Assembly (NCBI GenBank): GCA_051531975.1
Contig: JAOPTT010000006.1
Span: forward strand, 656-64,655
Length of the DNA: 64,000 nt
Origin: Spirochaetaceae bacterium
Lineage (GTDB): Bacteria > Spirochaetota > Spirochaetia > DSM-2461
Direction of reading: 5' to 3'
Under the pieces are notes generated by a model. The model had not been told where the DNA came from. It saw nothing but the letters and a program-made list of their open reading frames with translations, and did not search any database. Below, piece after piece: positions 1 to 11,271 of this stretch (the first letter of the stretch is position 1; every line of letters begins with the position of its first letter). The position numbers were made by a program, and so were the translations under genes.

Positions 1-39
1 GCTAAAATGGCTGAATTAGCTATGATCATGACTAAATAA
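1..39 (+). CDS. 3' end of an upstream gene (…AKMAELAMIMTK*), product unknown
   Basis: Open frame from base 1 to TAA at 37-39, followed by a terminator; too short to assign. Confidence 0.45.
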   Translation, partial: AKMAELAMIMTK

Positions 40-60
40 TATTTATTATATTAGTTATTT

Positions 61-89
61 AAACCCCTTCCTTTGGTTGGGGTTTTTTT
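61..89 (+). terminator. Rho-independent terminator
   Basis: AAACCCC (61-67) pairs with GGGGTTT (79-85), T-run to 89. Confidence 0.75.
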
Positions 90-163
90 ATGTAAAAAAA
101 GGTTCAAATAATATCCCATATTATAGCAGGACTTCGAGTATTTGATGTAAAAACTAAATACTT

Positions 164-192
164 TTGACAAGCTAATACTACTATGGCATACT
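164..192 (+). promoter_or_regulatory. sigma70-type promoter of the CotH operon (probably leaderless transcript)
   Basis: TTGACA(164-169)-N17-CATACT(187-192) with TG extension; ATG at 199, no Shine-Dalgarno. Confidence 0.55.
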
Positions 193-198
193 GCATTA

Positions 199-2529
199 AT
201 GAGATATGTAAAAACATTTTTATATTTAATAATATTATTTTTAACCAGTTGTTATAGTGTTAAAACAAATAATAATTCCATTGTAATTAATGAAGTAGTC
301 AGTCGAAATAGTGGTTCAAGTTACGATATAAATGGTAAATCCTCAGACTGGATTGAGATTTACAATAGTGGTAAAAGAAAAATAAATCTTGAAGGTTACT
401 CTTTGTCAGTTTCTGAATCAGATAATCCAATTTATCTGTTTAATAAATCATTTATCAGAGGTGGAGAGACATTAATTATTTGGTGTTCAGCAAATGATAG
501 CGTAAACACTGACTTGGAGTTACATGCACCTTTTAAGATTAGTGGTTCAGGGGAAGTTATAACTTTAACAGACCCTGATGGTAAAGTTGTTGATAAAATT
601 GAAGTTCCTGAGTTAGATTCAGATGTAAGCTTCGGAAGACCCATTTCCAATATTGACCAGCTTGTAATTTTATCAAATAGTACTCCAGGAAAGTTAAATA
701 ACAGTGATGAAAGACTAAATGATACTCAAAGTACTATACCTTTATTTTCTACAAATGGTGGGTTCTATGCTACAGTATTTAATCTTGAATTAAGTTGTTT
801 AGAGAATGAAGTTATTTATTATACTACAGATGGTTCTATTCCTACTTTAGATTCTAATCTATATAAAAATTCGATTAAAATATCTGATGCATCTGCTTCG
901 CCAAACGAACTTTCAACAATAGAAGGTACTGCTGTTTGGTCTATAGCACCTAAAGAAAAATTATATAAAGGTTCTGTTATTAGAGCTATTACATATTCTA
1001 AGGGACACCCAATTAGCGATGTAGTTACAAATACTTATTTTATATCTGATAAATTAAATAAAAGGTATAGTATGCCAGTAGTTTCTATATCAACAAACTC
1101 TGAGAATCTTTTCGATTTTAATCGTGGTATTTATATGCTAGGTAAAATAAATAAAGATTGGGTCAAAAACAGTCCCAAAGAGAAAATACAAGGGGATAAT
1201 CCAGCTAACTTTAATCAAAGAGGTAAGGGTTGGGCTATTCCATTTCATATGGAGTATTACGATTTAGATGGTAAATCTTCTTTGTCAAATGGAGGACTAC
1301 TAAGGATATTAGGTGGATGGTCTAGAGCAAACCCAGTAAAATCCCTTAGACTCGACTTTAATGAACCAATTAAAAACATAATTTATCCAGATTTAGATAT
1401 CAAAGAACTTAATTCAATTGTATTAAGAACAGGAGCTAATGATTGGGATCATACAATATTTAGAGACACTTTAATGACATCAATTGTAGATGATTTAATG
1501 GAAACTCAAGAATCTAAACCTGCAATTGTATTTATTAATGGAGAATACTGGGGTATTCATAATATCAGAGAAAGAATGAATCAGAGTTATTTTAAAAACC
1601 ATTTTAATATCCCTATAAAGAATATTGTTGTTTTGGAAAACGAAGGTGAAGTTGCTGAGGGTGATTCCAAAGGTGCAGAATCGTATAAAAAGATTTTGGA
1701 TTTCATAGAAAATAATGATCTATCAATAACAACAAATTATGAATATATAAAATCTAAAATTGATATTGAAAACTTTGTTGATTATTTCGCAACTCAAATA
1801 TATTATGCCAATAGTGATTGGCCTGGTAATAATATTCGATTCTGGCACGATGAAAAAAATGATTCTAAGTGGCGATGGATGTTATATGATACTGACTTTG
1901 GTTTAGGTCTATATGACTGGACTGGAGGGGTTCATCACGATACATTTGATCTTGTTATGAATCCTAATGGACCAGATTGGCCAAATCCTCCATGGTCTAC
2001 TCTGTTATTCAGATCTTTAATATCAAATAGTGATTTTAAACTTTTGTTTTTAAATAGATTTTGTGACCTCTTAAATAGTCGTTTTAGTACAATCAATATG
2101 AAAAAAGAACTAAATGAAATTATTGAATTGTATGAACCTGAGATGACTGAACATTTAAATAGATGGGGTAATCCAAATGATAATCTAAATAGATGGAAGT
2201 CTAAAACTGAAATAATATCAGGATTTGTTTCACAAAGACCAAAATTGATAAGAGAAAAAATTTCAAGAAAATTTGGACTTAAAGGATCTGTTAAATTAGA
2301 AATAAATATTAAAAATGGTTCTGTGAATGTAAATACAATAAATAACTTGGAAAGTAATTGGTCTGGAGTTTATTTTAAAAACACAGCTATCACGATAAAA
2401 GCTATACCGAATGAAGGATATACTTTTACCGGTTGGGAAGGTCTTACTGGTAGTACAAATCCAGTTATACAGATTAAATTAGATAAAAACTCTATATTAA
2501 CACCACTTTTTGTAAAGGATGATAAATGA
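199..2529 (+). CDS. CotH kinase family lipoprotein (lamin-tail domain, chitobiase/FN3-like domain, CotH kinase, C-terminal repeat domain)
   Basis: Lipobox LTSC; LTD-like IVINEV..DWIEIYN; IYYTTDGSIP; CotH-type VFINGEYWGIHNIRE, NSDWPGNN, WRWMLYDTD; AIPNEGYTFTGW. Confidence 0.88.
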   Translation: MRYVKTFLYLIILFLTSCYSVKTNNNSIVINEVVSRNSGSSYDINGKSSDWIEIYNSGKRKINLEGYSLSVSESDNPIYLFNKSFIRGGETLIIWCSANDSVNTDLELHAPFKISGSGEVITLTDPDGKVVDKIEVPELDSDVSFGRPISNIDQLVILSNSTPGKLNNSDERLNDTQSTIPLFSTNGGFYATVFNLELSCLENEVIYYTTDGSIPTLDSNLYKNSIKISDASASPNELSTIEGTAVWSIAPKEKLYKGSVIRAITYSKGHPISDVVTNTYFISDKLNKRYSMPVVSISTNSENLFDFNRGIYMLGKINKDWVKNSPKEKIQGDNPANFNQRGKGWAIPFHMEYYDLDGKSSLSNGGLLRILGGWSRANPVKSLRLDFNEPIKNIIYPDLDIKELNSIVLRTGANDWDHTIFRDTLMTSIVDDLMETQESKPAIVFINGEYWGIHNIRERMNQSYFKNHFNIPIKNIVVLENEGEVAEGDSKGAESYKKILDFIENNDLSITTNYEYIKSKIDIENFVDYFATQIYYANSDWPGNNIRFWHDEKNDSKWRWMLYDTDFGLGLYDWTGGVHHDTFDLVMNPNGPDWPNPPWSTLLFRSLISNSDFKLLFLNRFCDLLNSRFSTINMKKELNEIIELYEPEMTEHLNRWGNPNDNLNRWKSKTEIISGFVSQRPKLIREKISRKFGLKGSVKLEINIKNGSVNVNTINNLESNWSGVYFKNTAITIKAIPNEGYTFTGWEGLTGSTNPVIQIKLDKNSILTPLFVKDDK

Positions 2530-3200
2530 ATTTTGAGCAAATATTACTAGAGATAGGTTATAATAATATAAGTATACAGACAGGATTTATTCGGTTGATA
2601 ACATCAGGTTTATTAGGTTTTATGATATCTCTAATATTTAAAAAATATAACACAAAAGAAGAATCACAAACTGCGATGATTCAATCTCTTATATTCCTAA
2701 ATATGACTATATGCTTGGCTATGATGGCAATCGGTAATAATCTAGCAAGTGCATTTGGATTAGTTGGAGCAGTATCTATTATACGTTTTAGAACATCTGT
2801 TAAAAGTGCACGTGATATGGCTTTTGTATTTTTTACAATTGTAATTGGTATGGCCTGTGGATTAGGATTTATTCTATTATCTATATTAAGTCTGTTAATT
2901 GTGGGATCTATAATGTTGCTTGTATTTAAAACATCATATGGACACTCTAAAAATATCTATATGTTATTCAAATTAAAAGTATCATATAACGATACAATTT
3001 CTCATAGAAAAAATATTGAAAATATTCTAAAAGACAGTGGTATTATTTTTAAAGTTTCTGGAGCAAAAATAGAGGAAACTAAATCATCAATAAGTTTTAA
3101 TATTAAGCTTATTAGTATAGATGACTTTGAAATATTAAGTTCAAAATTATATGAAGGATGTAAACTAAATAATTTAAAGTTACAATTGGTAGAGCTTTAG
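2526..3200 (+). CDS. DUF4956 family membrane protein
   Basis: Hydrophobic helices with IGNNLASAFGLVGAVSIIRFRT motif; ATGA overlap with the CotH gene. Confidence 0.85.
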   Translation: MNFEQILLEIGYNNISIQTGFIRLITSGLLGFMISLIFKKYNTKEESQTAMIQSLIFLNMTICLAMMAIGNNLASAFGLVGAVSIIRFRTSVKSARDMAFVFFTIVIGMACGLGFILLSILSLLIVGSIMLLVFKTSYGHSKNIYMLFKLKVSYNDTISHRKNIENILKDSGIIFKVSGAKIEETKSSISFNIKLISIDDFEILSSKLYEGCKLNNLKLQLVEL

Positions 3201-3992
3201 ATGAATCATAGTTTTAAAAGAAAAGAAGAAAAATATATATTAAACGAAAATATAGCACAGGATGTAATAGAATTTATAAATACTGTAATGCCTATCTCTA
3301 ATTATAACAATAATGGTTACATTGATATTAGAACAACATATCTAGAAAGTTCAGATCATTATATATATCATCTTAAAAAGCTCAAAAAAAAGAGTCGATT
3401 CAAAATTAGGATTAGAGAATATGGATTTGATGGTCTATTTAAAGATTATGTTTGGGTCGAACTAAAAGAAAAAGTTAATGGTGAAGGATATAAAAATAGA
3501 TTTAAAGTTAATAAATCTGATGTTTTAGATTTTATGAATGGTGGAAACTTAATAGACAACATTATTTTAAAAAATAGAAAAATTGATCCAGAATATCTTA
3601 TACATTTATATACAACTATTCAGAAGTTAATAGCAGAATTGAATTTAAAACCATTATTAGTTGTTCAATATAAAAGAATAGCTTTTGATACAGGATTAAA
3701 GGGTGGGGTTCGTTTTACTTTTGATAAGGATATTATTAGTGCTAAAGTTGATTTTGACTGCCTTTTTAAACCATTAGAAAATTTTAAAAGATACAAATCA
3801 AATAAAATGATAATGGAGCTTAAAACATGGGGCATATATCCTGAATTAATGGTTAAATTAAAAAAGAAATTTAACATTAAAAGAAAGAAATATTCTAAAT
3901 TTATTTTTGGGATGGAAGCTAATTGTTTTAACTTTACACATCCACCATTATCTTTAGAACAAGAGTATAATCAAATAATTTTTGAGGTATAG
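3201..3992 (+). CDS. VTC / polyphosphate polymerase domain protein (CYTH/TTM fold)
   Basis: RKEEKY, KIRIREY, VELKEK, YKRIAF, VRFTFDKDI, IMELK, YSKF motifs. Confidence 0.85.
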   Translation: MNHSFKRKEEKYILNENIAQDVIEFINTVMPISNYNNNGYIDIRTTYLESSDHYIYHLKKLKKKSRFKIRIREYGFDGLFKDYVWVELKEKVNGEGYKNRFKVNKSDVLDFMNGGNLIDNIILKNRKIDPEYLIHLYTTIQKLIAELNLKPLLVVQYKRIAFDTGLKGGVRFTFDKDIISAKVDFDCLFKPLENFKRYKSNKMIMELKTWGIYPELMVKLKKKFNIKRKKYSKFIFGMEANCFNFTHPPLSLEQEYNQIIFEV

Positions 3993-5336
3993 ATGAATAT
4001 TAAAAGAGAAAACTTTCCAACAGATTTTGTATTTGGTACAGCAACATCTTCTTATCAGATTGAAGGTGGGTATAATCTTGATGGTAGAAAGCCATCTATC
4101 TGGGATGATTTTACAAGAATTCCAGGTAATATTAAAGATTTCAGTAGTGGAGATATTGCATGTGATCATTACCATAACTTTAAATCTGATATGGATTTAG
4201 TTAATAACGTAGGTTTTAATGCTTATCGGTTTAGTACATCCTGGTCTAGGGTTATTTCTAATACTTCTGGCAAGTTGAATATAAAGGGTTTAGATTTTTA
4301 CGATAGATTAGTTGATGATATGATTGGTAAAAATATAGATCCATATTTAACTCTTTATCATTGGGATTTACCTAGCTTTTTACAGGAGAACGGTGGTTGG
4401 TTAAACCGTGATACAGCTAAACATTTTCAAGATTATGCATACTTAATGGTGGAGAAGTTAGGTGATAGGGTAAATAACTGGTTAACTCATAATGAGATGT
4501 GGTGCACAAGTTTTTTATCTCATCAGGTCGGTATTTTTGCTCCAGGAGAGAAAAACCTACCCAATGCACTAACTGTTGCTCATCATGTATTATTAAGTCA
4601 TGGTTTAGCTTTGGAATCCATGAGGGATAGTTCAAATGAGATAAAAATTGGTATAGCACCTAATTATTTACCATGTTATCCATCTTCAGAATCTGAAAAT
4701 GATGTTAAGGCAGCTACTTTATTTGACGGTTATTTTAATAGGTGGTTTTTAGACCCATTAACAGGCCGAGGTTATCCTAAGGATATTGTAGAAATTTGTA
4801 AAAATATTATGCCAGATATTGAATCTGGGGACATGGACATAATTTCAGGTGATTTAGATATATTAGGTGTTAATTATTATAATTCAAATTGGTTTGAATA
4901 TGATGAATTAAATTCTTTTTTCCCATGTAGAAAAAAGCAACCTGACGGTCTTTGGGAAACAGCGGATAGGGATGTATATGCACCAGGGTTGTATGATACT
5001 TTAGAACGTCTATATAAAGATTATAAATTTGAAAATTTGTATATAACAGAAAATGGAGCTGCAACTAATGATATTGTTGAAGTTGATTCAACAGGTAACA
5101 AAGTTGTACATGATGATCTAAGAGTCAGATATTTAAAAGAACATTTTGAACAAGCCCAGAAAGCAATTAAAGATGGAATCCCTTTAAAAGGTTATTTTGT
5201 TTGGAGTTTAATGGATAATTTTGAATGGGCAGCTGGGTATACTCTTAGATATGGTATTCATTATACAGATTATAAAACCCAGGAAAGAATACCTAAAGAT
5301 TCTGCAAAATGGCTAAAAAAAATATTAGATGTATAA
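3993..5336 (+). CDS. GH1 beta-glucosidase
   Basis: FVFGTATSSYQIEG, acid/base THNE, nucleophile ITENG, WSLMDNFEW. Confidence 0.93.
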   Translation: MNIKRENFPTDFVFGTATSSYQIEGGYNLDGRKPSIWDDFTRIPGNIKDFSSGDIACDHYHNFKSDMDLVNNVGFNAYRFSTSWSRVISNTSGKLNIKGLDFYDRLVDDMIGKNIDPYLTLYHWDLPSFLQENGGWLNRDTAKHFQDYAYLMVEKLGDRVNNWLTHNEMWCTSFLSHQVGIFAPGEKNLPNALTVAHHVLLSHGLALESMRDSSNEIKIGIAPNYLPCYPSSESENDVKAATLFDGYFNRWFLDPLTGRGYPKDIVEICKNIMPDIESGDMDIISGDLDILGVNYYNSNWFEYDELNSFFPCRKKQPDGLWETADRDVYAPGLYDTLERLYKDYKFENLYITENGAATNDIVEVDSTGNKVVHDDLRVRYLKEHFEQAQKAIKDGIPLKGYFVWSLMDNFEWAAGYTLRYGIHYTDYKTQERIPKDSAKWLKKILDV

Positions 5337-5507
5337 AATAGATATAGTATTCTACGTATTTGATATAACATTGTAAATCAAAAAAATATGCCCGTGATGG
5401 ATCCAATATATCATAGAAGTCTATAACTCTTAAGCAAGGTAAATTTAGATCAATTTGAAACTAATATAATTAACTGGAAATTAATCAAATCTCAGAGACA
5501 TTATATT

Positions 5508-6587
5508 TTGAATAGGTTAAAATCAGATATGATTCAATATAAAAAAATAGTAGTTATTTCAGACATAGAAAGTGAATTAGCCGACATATTAGTTCAAAGA
5601 TTAGTTTATAGAATGTTAAGTTATATTATTCCGGATCTAATTATAATAATTGATGATGAAAATATTTTAACAAATAAAACATTAGATATATTAAACAGTC
5701 AACCAGTACCTTTTATTGTTGTTCCAAATATAAATGAGACAATATATCAAAATTTATACGGTTTTAAGTTTCCAAAATTCTCAGAAAGCCCATTTTCATA
5801 TGTTGTTGTTGATAATTTAGTTGCCCGTAAGATTAAAAAATATAACCTTGTAATGGATAAAGATTTAAATCTAGAAGATAACCATATGCATACTCAGTTT
5901 GCTTATTGTGGAGAAAATATGGAGATATCAAAAAATATTCATCTTGCAAAGCTGTTTGGTCTAAAGAAAATAATTATTACAGAACATGCCGATCAGCTAT
6001 ACATGAATAGTAAAAATTATACTGATATAGAGTGTTATTCCATAGGCATTAAGCATGCAGATGAAATTGACTATAGAATGGATGAATATATAGATTTAAA
6101 AAATAAATTTAGCGATGACTTTGTACGATTTGGTGTAGAAGTAGGTGTGGATTTTAATGGTAATCTACTAATAAAAGATGAAGATTTAAAACATTTTGAT
6201 TTCCTGTTAGGTTCAATGCATCTCTTAGAAGATTTAACACCAGAGGTTTTTATTTCTATACTGGAAAAATTATTAAAGAAAAATATTGATGTTTTAGCTC
6301 ATCCGTTTAGAATATTTAAAAGAAACGGTAAAGAGTTACCAGAAATGCTATTTAAACCAACAGCAAAACTTTTAAAACAGTATAATACCGCCGCAGAAAT
6401 TAATTTTCATACTAATGAGCCTCCTGTAGCATTTATTAAAGAGTGTTTAAAATTAGGAGTTAAATTTAGTTTTGGTTCAGATTCTCATAATTTAGCTGAG
6501 ATTGGTGACTTCAGTTATCATATCAACTTATTAAAAGAGGCTGGTTTTAAAGGTGATTTACAAGAAATTTTATGGAGTAAAAAGTAA
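5508..6587 (+). CDS. PHP domain protein with degenerate N-terminal region (start uncertain, ATG at 5529 possible)
   Basis: DNHMHT, ITEH, GSMH, VLAHP, FGSDSH PHP metal motifs. Confidence 0.75.
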   Translation: MNRLKSDMIQYKKIVVISDIESELADILVQRLVYRMLSYIIPDLIIIIDDENILTNKTLDILNSQPVPFIVVPNINETIYQNLYGFKFPKFSESPFSYVVVDNLVARKIKKYNLVMDKDLNLEDNHMHTQFAYCGENMEISKNIHLAKLFGLKKIIITEHADQLYMNSKNYTDIECYSIGIKHADEIDYRMDEYIDLKNKFSDDFVRFGVEVGVDFNGNLLIKDEDLKHFDFLLGSMHLLEDLTPEVFISILEKLLKKNIDVLAHPFRIFKRNGKELPEMLFKPTAKLLKQYNTAAEINFHTNEPPVAFIKECLKLGVKFSFGSDSHNLAEIGDFSYHINLLKEAGFKGDLQEILWSKK

Positions 6588-6649
6588 TTCAGCAAGAGGT
6601 AAAACTTGTTAGAATAAAATAATAACAGGAATATGAATATTGGGGTTTT

Positions 6650-7621
6650 ATGAATAGTTATTTCAAAGATTTAATAATTAAGAATACAGGTGCATCTTCT
6701 TTAGGTGAGTTTGAAGTAATTCAAAATTTGTGGAGTAATTATGGTGAAATTATACGATATAAGCTAATTGGGGCAGAGTTTAATAGTATTGTTATTAAAC
6801 ATATTAAACTTTCAGAATCAGAGAATCATCCTAGGGGATGGAATACTAATATTTCTCATGATAGAAAAGTAACATCCTACAAAGTTGAATGTGCATGGTA
6901 TAAATATTGGAGTTCTAAATGTGATTTCAAATGTCGAATACCAAAATGTATAATGATGGATTCTAAGGATGGAGAAGTATTAATAGTTCTTGAGGATTTA
7001 AATGACTCAGGTTATCCAATACGTAAAACTAATGTTAATATTTCAGAAATTAAATTATGCATTGAGTGGTTAGCTAACTTTCATGGTACTTTTATTAATA
7101 CAGATCCTAAAGAACTTTGGAGTAAAGGGACATATTGGCACTTACAAACTAGACCAGACGAATTAAAAGCTTTACAGGACAAACATTTAAAAAAATATGC
7201 CCATATAATCGATAAAAAACTTGATGATGCCAAATATAAAACTATTGTACATGGAGATTCAAAATTAGCAAATTTTTGCTTTTCGACGGACTCAAAATCT
7301 GTTGCCGCAGTAGATTTTCAGTATGTTGGTGGAGGAGTTGGTGTTAAAGACTTAGCTTATTTTATTGGAAGTTGCCTTTATGAAGAGGATTGTGAGAAAT
7401 ATGAAACTGAGTTATTAGATCACTATTTTAAAGTATTAAAAGGTAGACTTTTGGAGGTTAAATCAACTGTAAATATAGAAGACTTGGAGTTTAACTGGAG
7501 GGAGTTATATCCAGTCGCATGGACAGACTTTCATAGATTTTTAAAAGGCTGGAGTCCAGGTCATTGGAAAATTAATAGTTATAGTGAAAAGTTAAGCAAA
7601 GAGGTTCTAAGTAATTTATGA
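6650..7621 (+). CDS. APH/choline/ecdysteroid-kinase-like phosphotransferase
   Basis: [22 protein letters not shown] kinase motifs. Confidence 0.82.
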   Translation: MNSYFKDLIIKNTGASSLGEFEVIQNLWSNYGEIIRYKLIGAEFNSIVIKHIKLSESENHPRGWNTNISHDRKVTSYKVECAWYKYWSSKCDFKCRIPKCIMMDSKDGEVLIVLEDLNDSGYPIRKTNVNISEIKLCIEWLANFHGTFINTDPKELWSKGTYWHLQTRPDELKALQDKHLKKYAHIIDKKLDDAKYKTIVHGDSKLANFCFSTDSKSVAAVDFQYVGGGVGVKDLAYFIGSCLYEEDCEKYETELLDHYFKVLKGRLLEVKSTVNIEDLEFNWRELYPVAWTDFHRFLKGWSPGHWKINSYSEKLSKEVLSNL

Positions 7622-8436
7622 TTTTAACAAAAGACAACCTTATTTTTTTGCAAAAAAAGGCAGAGATTGCCGTAATAAAAGCTGGTGAAATTATTACAGA
7701 ATACAAAAAAAAAGGATTTAAAGTTAATACTAAAATTGCTGGATCTTCAATAGCATCTCAAGTAGTTACAGAGGTCGACATTCTTTGCCAAGAGACAATA
7801 TTAGATGTTTTAAATGAGACTATAGTACACTTTGATTTAGGGCTATTAACAGAAGAGTTGGCTGACGATTCTAGTAGATTAATTAAAGATTATTTCTGGT
7901 GTTTAGACCCATTAGATGGTACACAATGTTTTATAGAAAAAGAGTATGGTTTTTCTGTTTCTATTGCACTAGTTAATAAGCAGGGGGGTGCATTGATAGG
8001 TGTAGTTCTTGATCCAGTAAAAAACGATCTATATTCTGCTCTTAAAGGAGAAGGTTTATATAAAAACAATAAACCTTGGTCACCAATTATTAAGACTGAT
8101 AATACAATCAAGAATATCATTGTTGACCCAAGTTTTAAAATTAAAGATTATAAAAATATAAAGTTTATGCAGTATGGTGGAGCAGTATTAAATGCAATTC
8201 AAGTATTAGAAGGTAAAGCTGATTGTTATTTAAAACTTCCTAAAAATAGTCTAGGAGGTGGCAGTATATGGGATTTTGCAGCAACAGTTGCAATATTTAA
8301 TGAATGTAATGCCATATCTAGTGATATAGCAGGAAACCAAATATTTCTAAACAACCCAAATACTACTTTTATGAACGGAACAGGTGTATTTTATTCTTTA
8401 GGGACCAATATTTCAAATTTACAATTTATTAAGTAA
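7618..8436 (+). CDS. Inositol monophosphatase / CysQ family phosphatase
   Basis: [29 protein letters not shown] overlap with the kinase. Confidence 0.85.
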   Translation: MILTKDNLIFLQKKAEIAVIKAGEIITEYKKKGFKVNTKIAGSSIASQVVTEVDILCQETILDVLNETIVHFDLGLLTEELADDSSRLIKDYFWCLDPLDGTQCFIEKEYGFSVSIALVNKQGGALIGVVLDPVKNDLYSALKGEGLYKNNKPWSPIIKTDNTIKNIIVDPSFKIKDYKNIKFMQYGGAVLNAIQVLEGKADCYLKLPKNSLGGGSIWDFAATVAIFNECNAISSDIAGNQIFLNNPNTTFMNGTGVFYSLGTNISNLQFIK

Positions 8437-8443
8437 AGTATAA

Positions 8444-8950
8444 TTATTCTAGTATTTCACTTGATTCTTCCTTAATAGAATTTAACTCACTACTATTTAA
8501 TATCTTATTTATGTTAAGAAGCATAACAAATTCATTATTTATCTGACCCATACCAATAATGAATTCAGTATCTATAGGTATCCCTATTTTAGGAGGTGGT
8601 TCGATATTTTGTTGTTCAATCGTTTCAACCTTTTGGACAGAGTCTGTAAAGATACCAATAGTTAATGTTCCTTGATTTTCATTAAGATCATCGATCTCTG
8701 TAACAATTATATTGTTTCTTTGGTTTTCTTCCTGGTTTTCCATTTTAAACTTTATTTTTAAATCAATTACAGGAACAACACTACCTCTAAGATTTATTAC
8801 TCCACACATAAAATCTGGCATACGTGGTACTGTTGTAAGAACCGTTGCCTCTAAAACTTCTTTGGTATTAAGAATATTTATTCCGTATTTTTCTTTACCA
8901 AGTGTGAAGGTTAAATACTGGTTTTGAACAACAATGTTTTGTTCTATCAT
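8444..8950 (-). CDS. cheW: Chemotaxis coupling protein CheW
   Basis: QYLTFTL, VPRMPDFMCGVINLRGSVVPVIDL. Confidence 0.93.
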   Translation of the reverse strand: MIEQNIVVQNQYLTFTLGKEKYGINILNTKEVLEATVLTTVPRMPDFMCGVINLRGSVVPVIDLKIKFKMENQEENQRNNIIVTEIDDLNENQGTLTIGIFTDSVQKVETIEQQNIEPPPKIGIPIDTEFIIGMGQINNEFVMLLNINKILNSSELNSIKEESSEILE

Positions 8951-8959
8951 TCATTTCTC

Positions 8960-11029
8960 CTAAAACTTATTATAGTCATCATCTAATTCATCATTAAACT
9001 CAGAGTAACTTTCATCTGTATTTGAATTAATATTCACACTATTATTTTTGTTGTTTGGTATTTGTTGCATTTTATTTATAGTCAGTTTTTCTTTGGAAAT
9101 ATCCATATTTAAAGAGTTCTTTTCTTCAGAACCAGAAACTTTAAAGAAACTAATTGTATCTTTTAATATAACCGCTTGAGCACTTAGTTCTTCAGCCATA
9201 GATGAAGACTCTTCTGAAACTGCAGCATTCTGCTGAATTACTCTATCGAGTTGCATAATCGCTTGATTTATCTGTTCAGCACCTGAGTTCTGCTCATTAC
9301 TTGATGCACTAATTTCTTGAACTAACTCTGCTGTATGTTTAATATCTGGAATCATTTCTTTTATAGTTTTCCCAGCTTTTTCTGCAATATCAACACTATT
9401 TGTTGCTAACTGATTTATCTCTGAGGCTGCAACCTGACTTCGTTCCGCTAGTTTTCCAACCTCGGATGCTACAACAGCAAAACCTTTTCCATATTCACCT
9501 GCTCTGGCAGCTTCAATAGATGCATTTAATGCCAATAGATTCGTATTTCTTGCAATCTCTTCAATAATATTTATTTTGGAAGCTATATCCTTCATTGCTT
9601 GTACAGTTTTATTCACTGCATCACCACCATTTTCTGCATCAACTGCAGATTTGATAGCTATCTTTTCTGTTTGTACAGAATTATCTGCATTCCTTCTTAT
9701 ATTAGATACCATCTCTTCCATTGAAGACGATATTTCTTCTATGGATGCTGCTTGTTCAGATGCACCTTGAGCCATCTGATTTGAAGTATCACTTAATTGA
9801 TTGCTTCCTGAAGCAACATTGTAAGAACTACTATAAACACTTTCAACGATCTCTTTTAGTTTATTAACCATAGTCCCTAGAACTCTTGTTAGGTCACCCA
9901 TTTCATCTGTTCTTTCAGAAGTCAGGGCAATAGATAAGTCACCTTTGCTAATTTTTTTTGCCAAAGAAATATTTTGGCTAATTGAACCAAGAAGTGATCT
10001 AGATATTAACAGAGTACTGATAATTGAAACTAAAATAGAAACAATAACAATAATTAAATAGTTACTAATTATCTTGTTAATTTGACCAGTCATAAGATCT
10101 TTTTCATTTACAGCTCTTTCATCTTGCATCTGGCCAAGTTTATCTATTGCATCTCGCATTATAGCGAACTTTTCTTTACTATTTACAACAGCAGTTTTAC
10201 GTCTATTTATATCAGAGAATATCTCAACTGATAAATCCATTGATTTTCTACTTTCTACTTTCCATAAATTAAAATATGTTTGGAAATCATTAGATAAATC
10301 AATAGCAATTTGACCACTTAACTCAGCAGCTTGAATTACACGTTCACCTGTTTGAGAGATATTTTCAAGGTTACTCTCATTATAATTATCTAATAACTCT
10401 TTTGTTTCTGCATCTTCTGCCTGTAGTTGTGACAGATATGCTTGATATGCATCTCTATCTCCATTAAGAACAAGTGATAACGCCTCTTCAAGTTCCCTTC
10501 TTCTGTTGGCTGATATATTATTATCTAATTGATTGTTAATTAATTCTCCAAGCTGATCTATATTATCTCGCATATTATCAAATGCTGAAACAGCATCCGA
10601 AGAAGTTTTTTTAATTTCAATTGAGTCATCAATTAATTCCAAAGAGCCAATTAAAATGCTTCTAGTATATTTTTCCCACTCTTTATATTCAGTTTTGAAT
10701 ATGTTAAATGAATCCTTCATAATTGGAGTAAAGTTTTCTCCAGGACCTGTAACTCTATCCCAAACTTGCTTAAGATTTTCAATATTATTTTTATCAAGAT
10801 TTTGTAATTCTTTTTTTGATATACTTTTTAATGATTCTTGTTCTGATACAAGAACTTGATACGCATCTCTATCCGCGTTTAGCAGTATGGCTCTATCATC
10901 TTCAAAATCCATTAATACTGTTATATCCTGTTTTAGGTTACTAAAACCCATAAATCCTATTAAGAATATTATTACAATACCAATTAATGGAACTCCAATA
11001 ATCATACTGAACTGACCCTTTAATTTCAT
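8960..11029 (-). CDS. Methyl-accepting chemotaxis protein with duplicated periplasmic helical sensor, HAMP and C-terminal pentapeptide DYNKF
   Basis: Two TM helices, HAMP (DEMGDL), [30 protein letters not shown] tip. Confidence 0.93.
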   Translation of the reverse strand: MKLKGQFSMIIGVPLIGIVIIFLIGFMGFSNLKQDITVLMDFEDDRAILLNADRDAYQVLVSEQESLKSISKKELQNLDKNNIENLKQVWDRVTGPGENFTPIMKDSFNIFKTEYKEWEKYTRSILIGSLELIDDSIEIKKTSSDAVSAFDNMRDNIDQLGELINNQLDNNISANRRRELEEALSLVLNGDRDAYQAYLSQLQAEDAETKELLDNYNESNLENISQTGERVIQAAELSGQIAIDLSNDFQTYFNLWKVESRKSMDLSVEIFSDINRRKTAVVNSKEKFAIMRDAIDKLGQMQDERAVNEKDLMTGQINKIISNYLIIVIVSILVSIISTLLISRSLLGSISQNISLAKKISKGDLSIALTSERTDEMGDLTRVLGTMVNKLKEIVESVYSSSYNVASGSNQLSDTSNQMAQGASEQAASIEEISSSMEEMVSNIRRNADNSVQTEKIAIKSAVDAENGGDAVNKTVQAMKDIASKINIIEEIARNTNLLALNASIEAARAGEYGKGFAVVASEVGKLAERSQVAASEINQLATNSVDIAEKAGKTIKEMIPDIKHTAELVQEISASSNEQNSGAEQINQAIMQLDRVIQQNAAVSEESSSMAEELSAQAVILKDTISFFKVSGSEEKNSLNMDISKEKLTINKMQQIPNNKNNSVNINSNTDESYSEFNDELDDDYNKF

Positions 11030-11271
11030 CTATTACTCCATTTTAATATAATTTTTAACTTTAATTATTTTAATACTAGTTTATGTTATATATATATGTC
11101 AAAGATTTCTAAATTAATATTACATTAATAATAAGTTTTGTTTATATTAAAAGAATTAGTACAATAATTATATATTATTATTTTTTTTGTTATTAAGTTA
11201 TACTCAAATAAGTTTCGTGAAAGAGTGTGTTTATTCATAATAATTAAGATTAAAAATAAAGAGGAGTTGTA

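Noticed and set aside
184..200. TGGCATACTGCA as a sigma54 promoter
   Set aside because: GG-to-GC spacing is 6, not 10; a sigma70 reading fits better.
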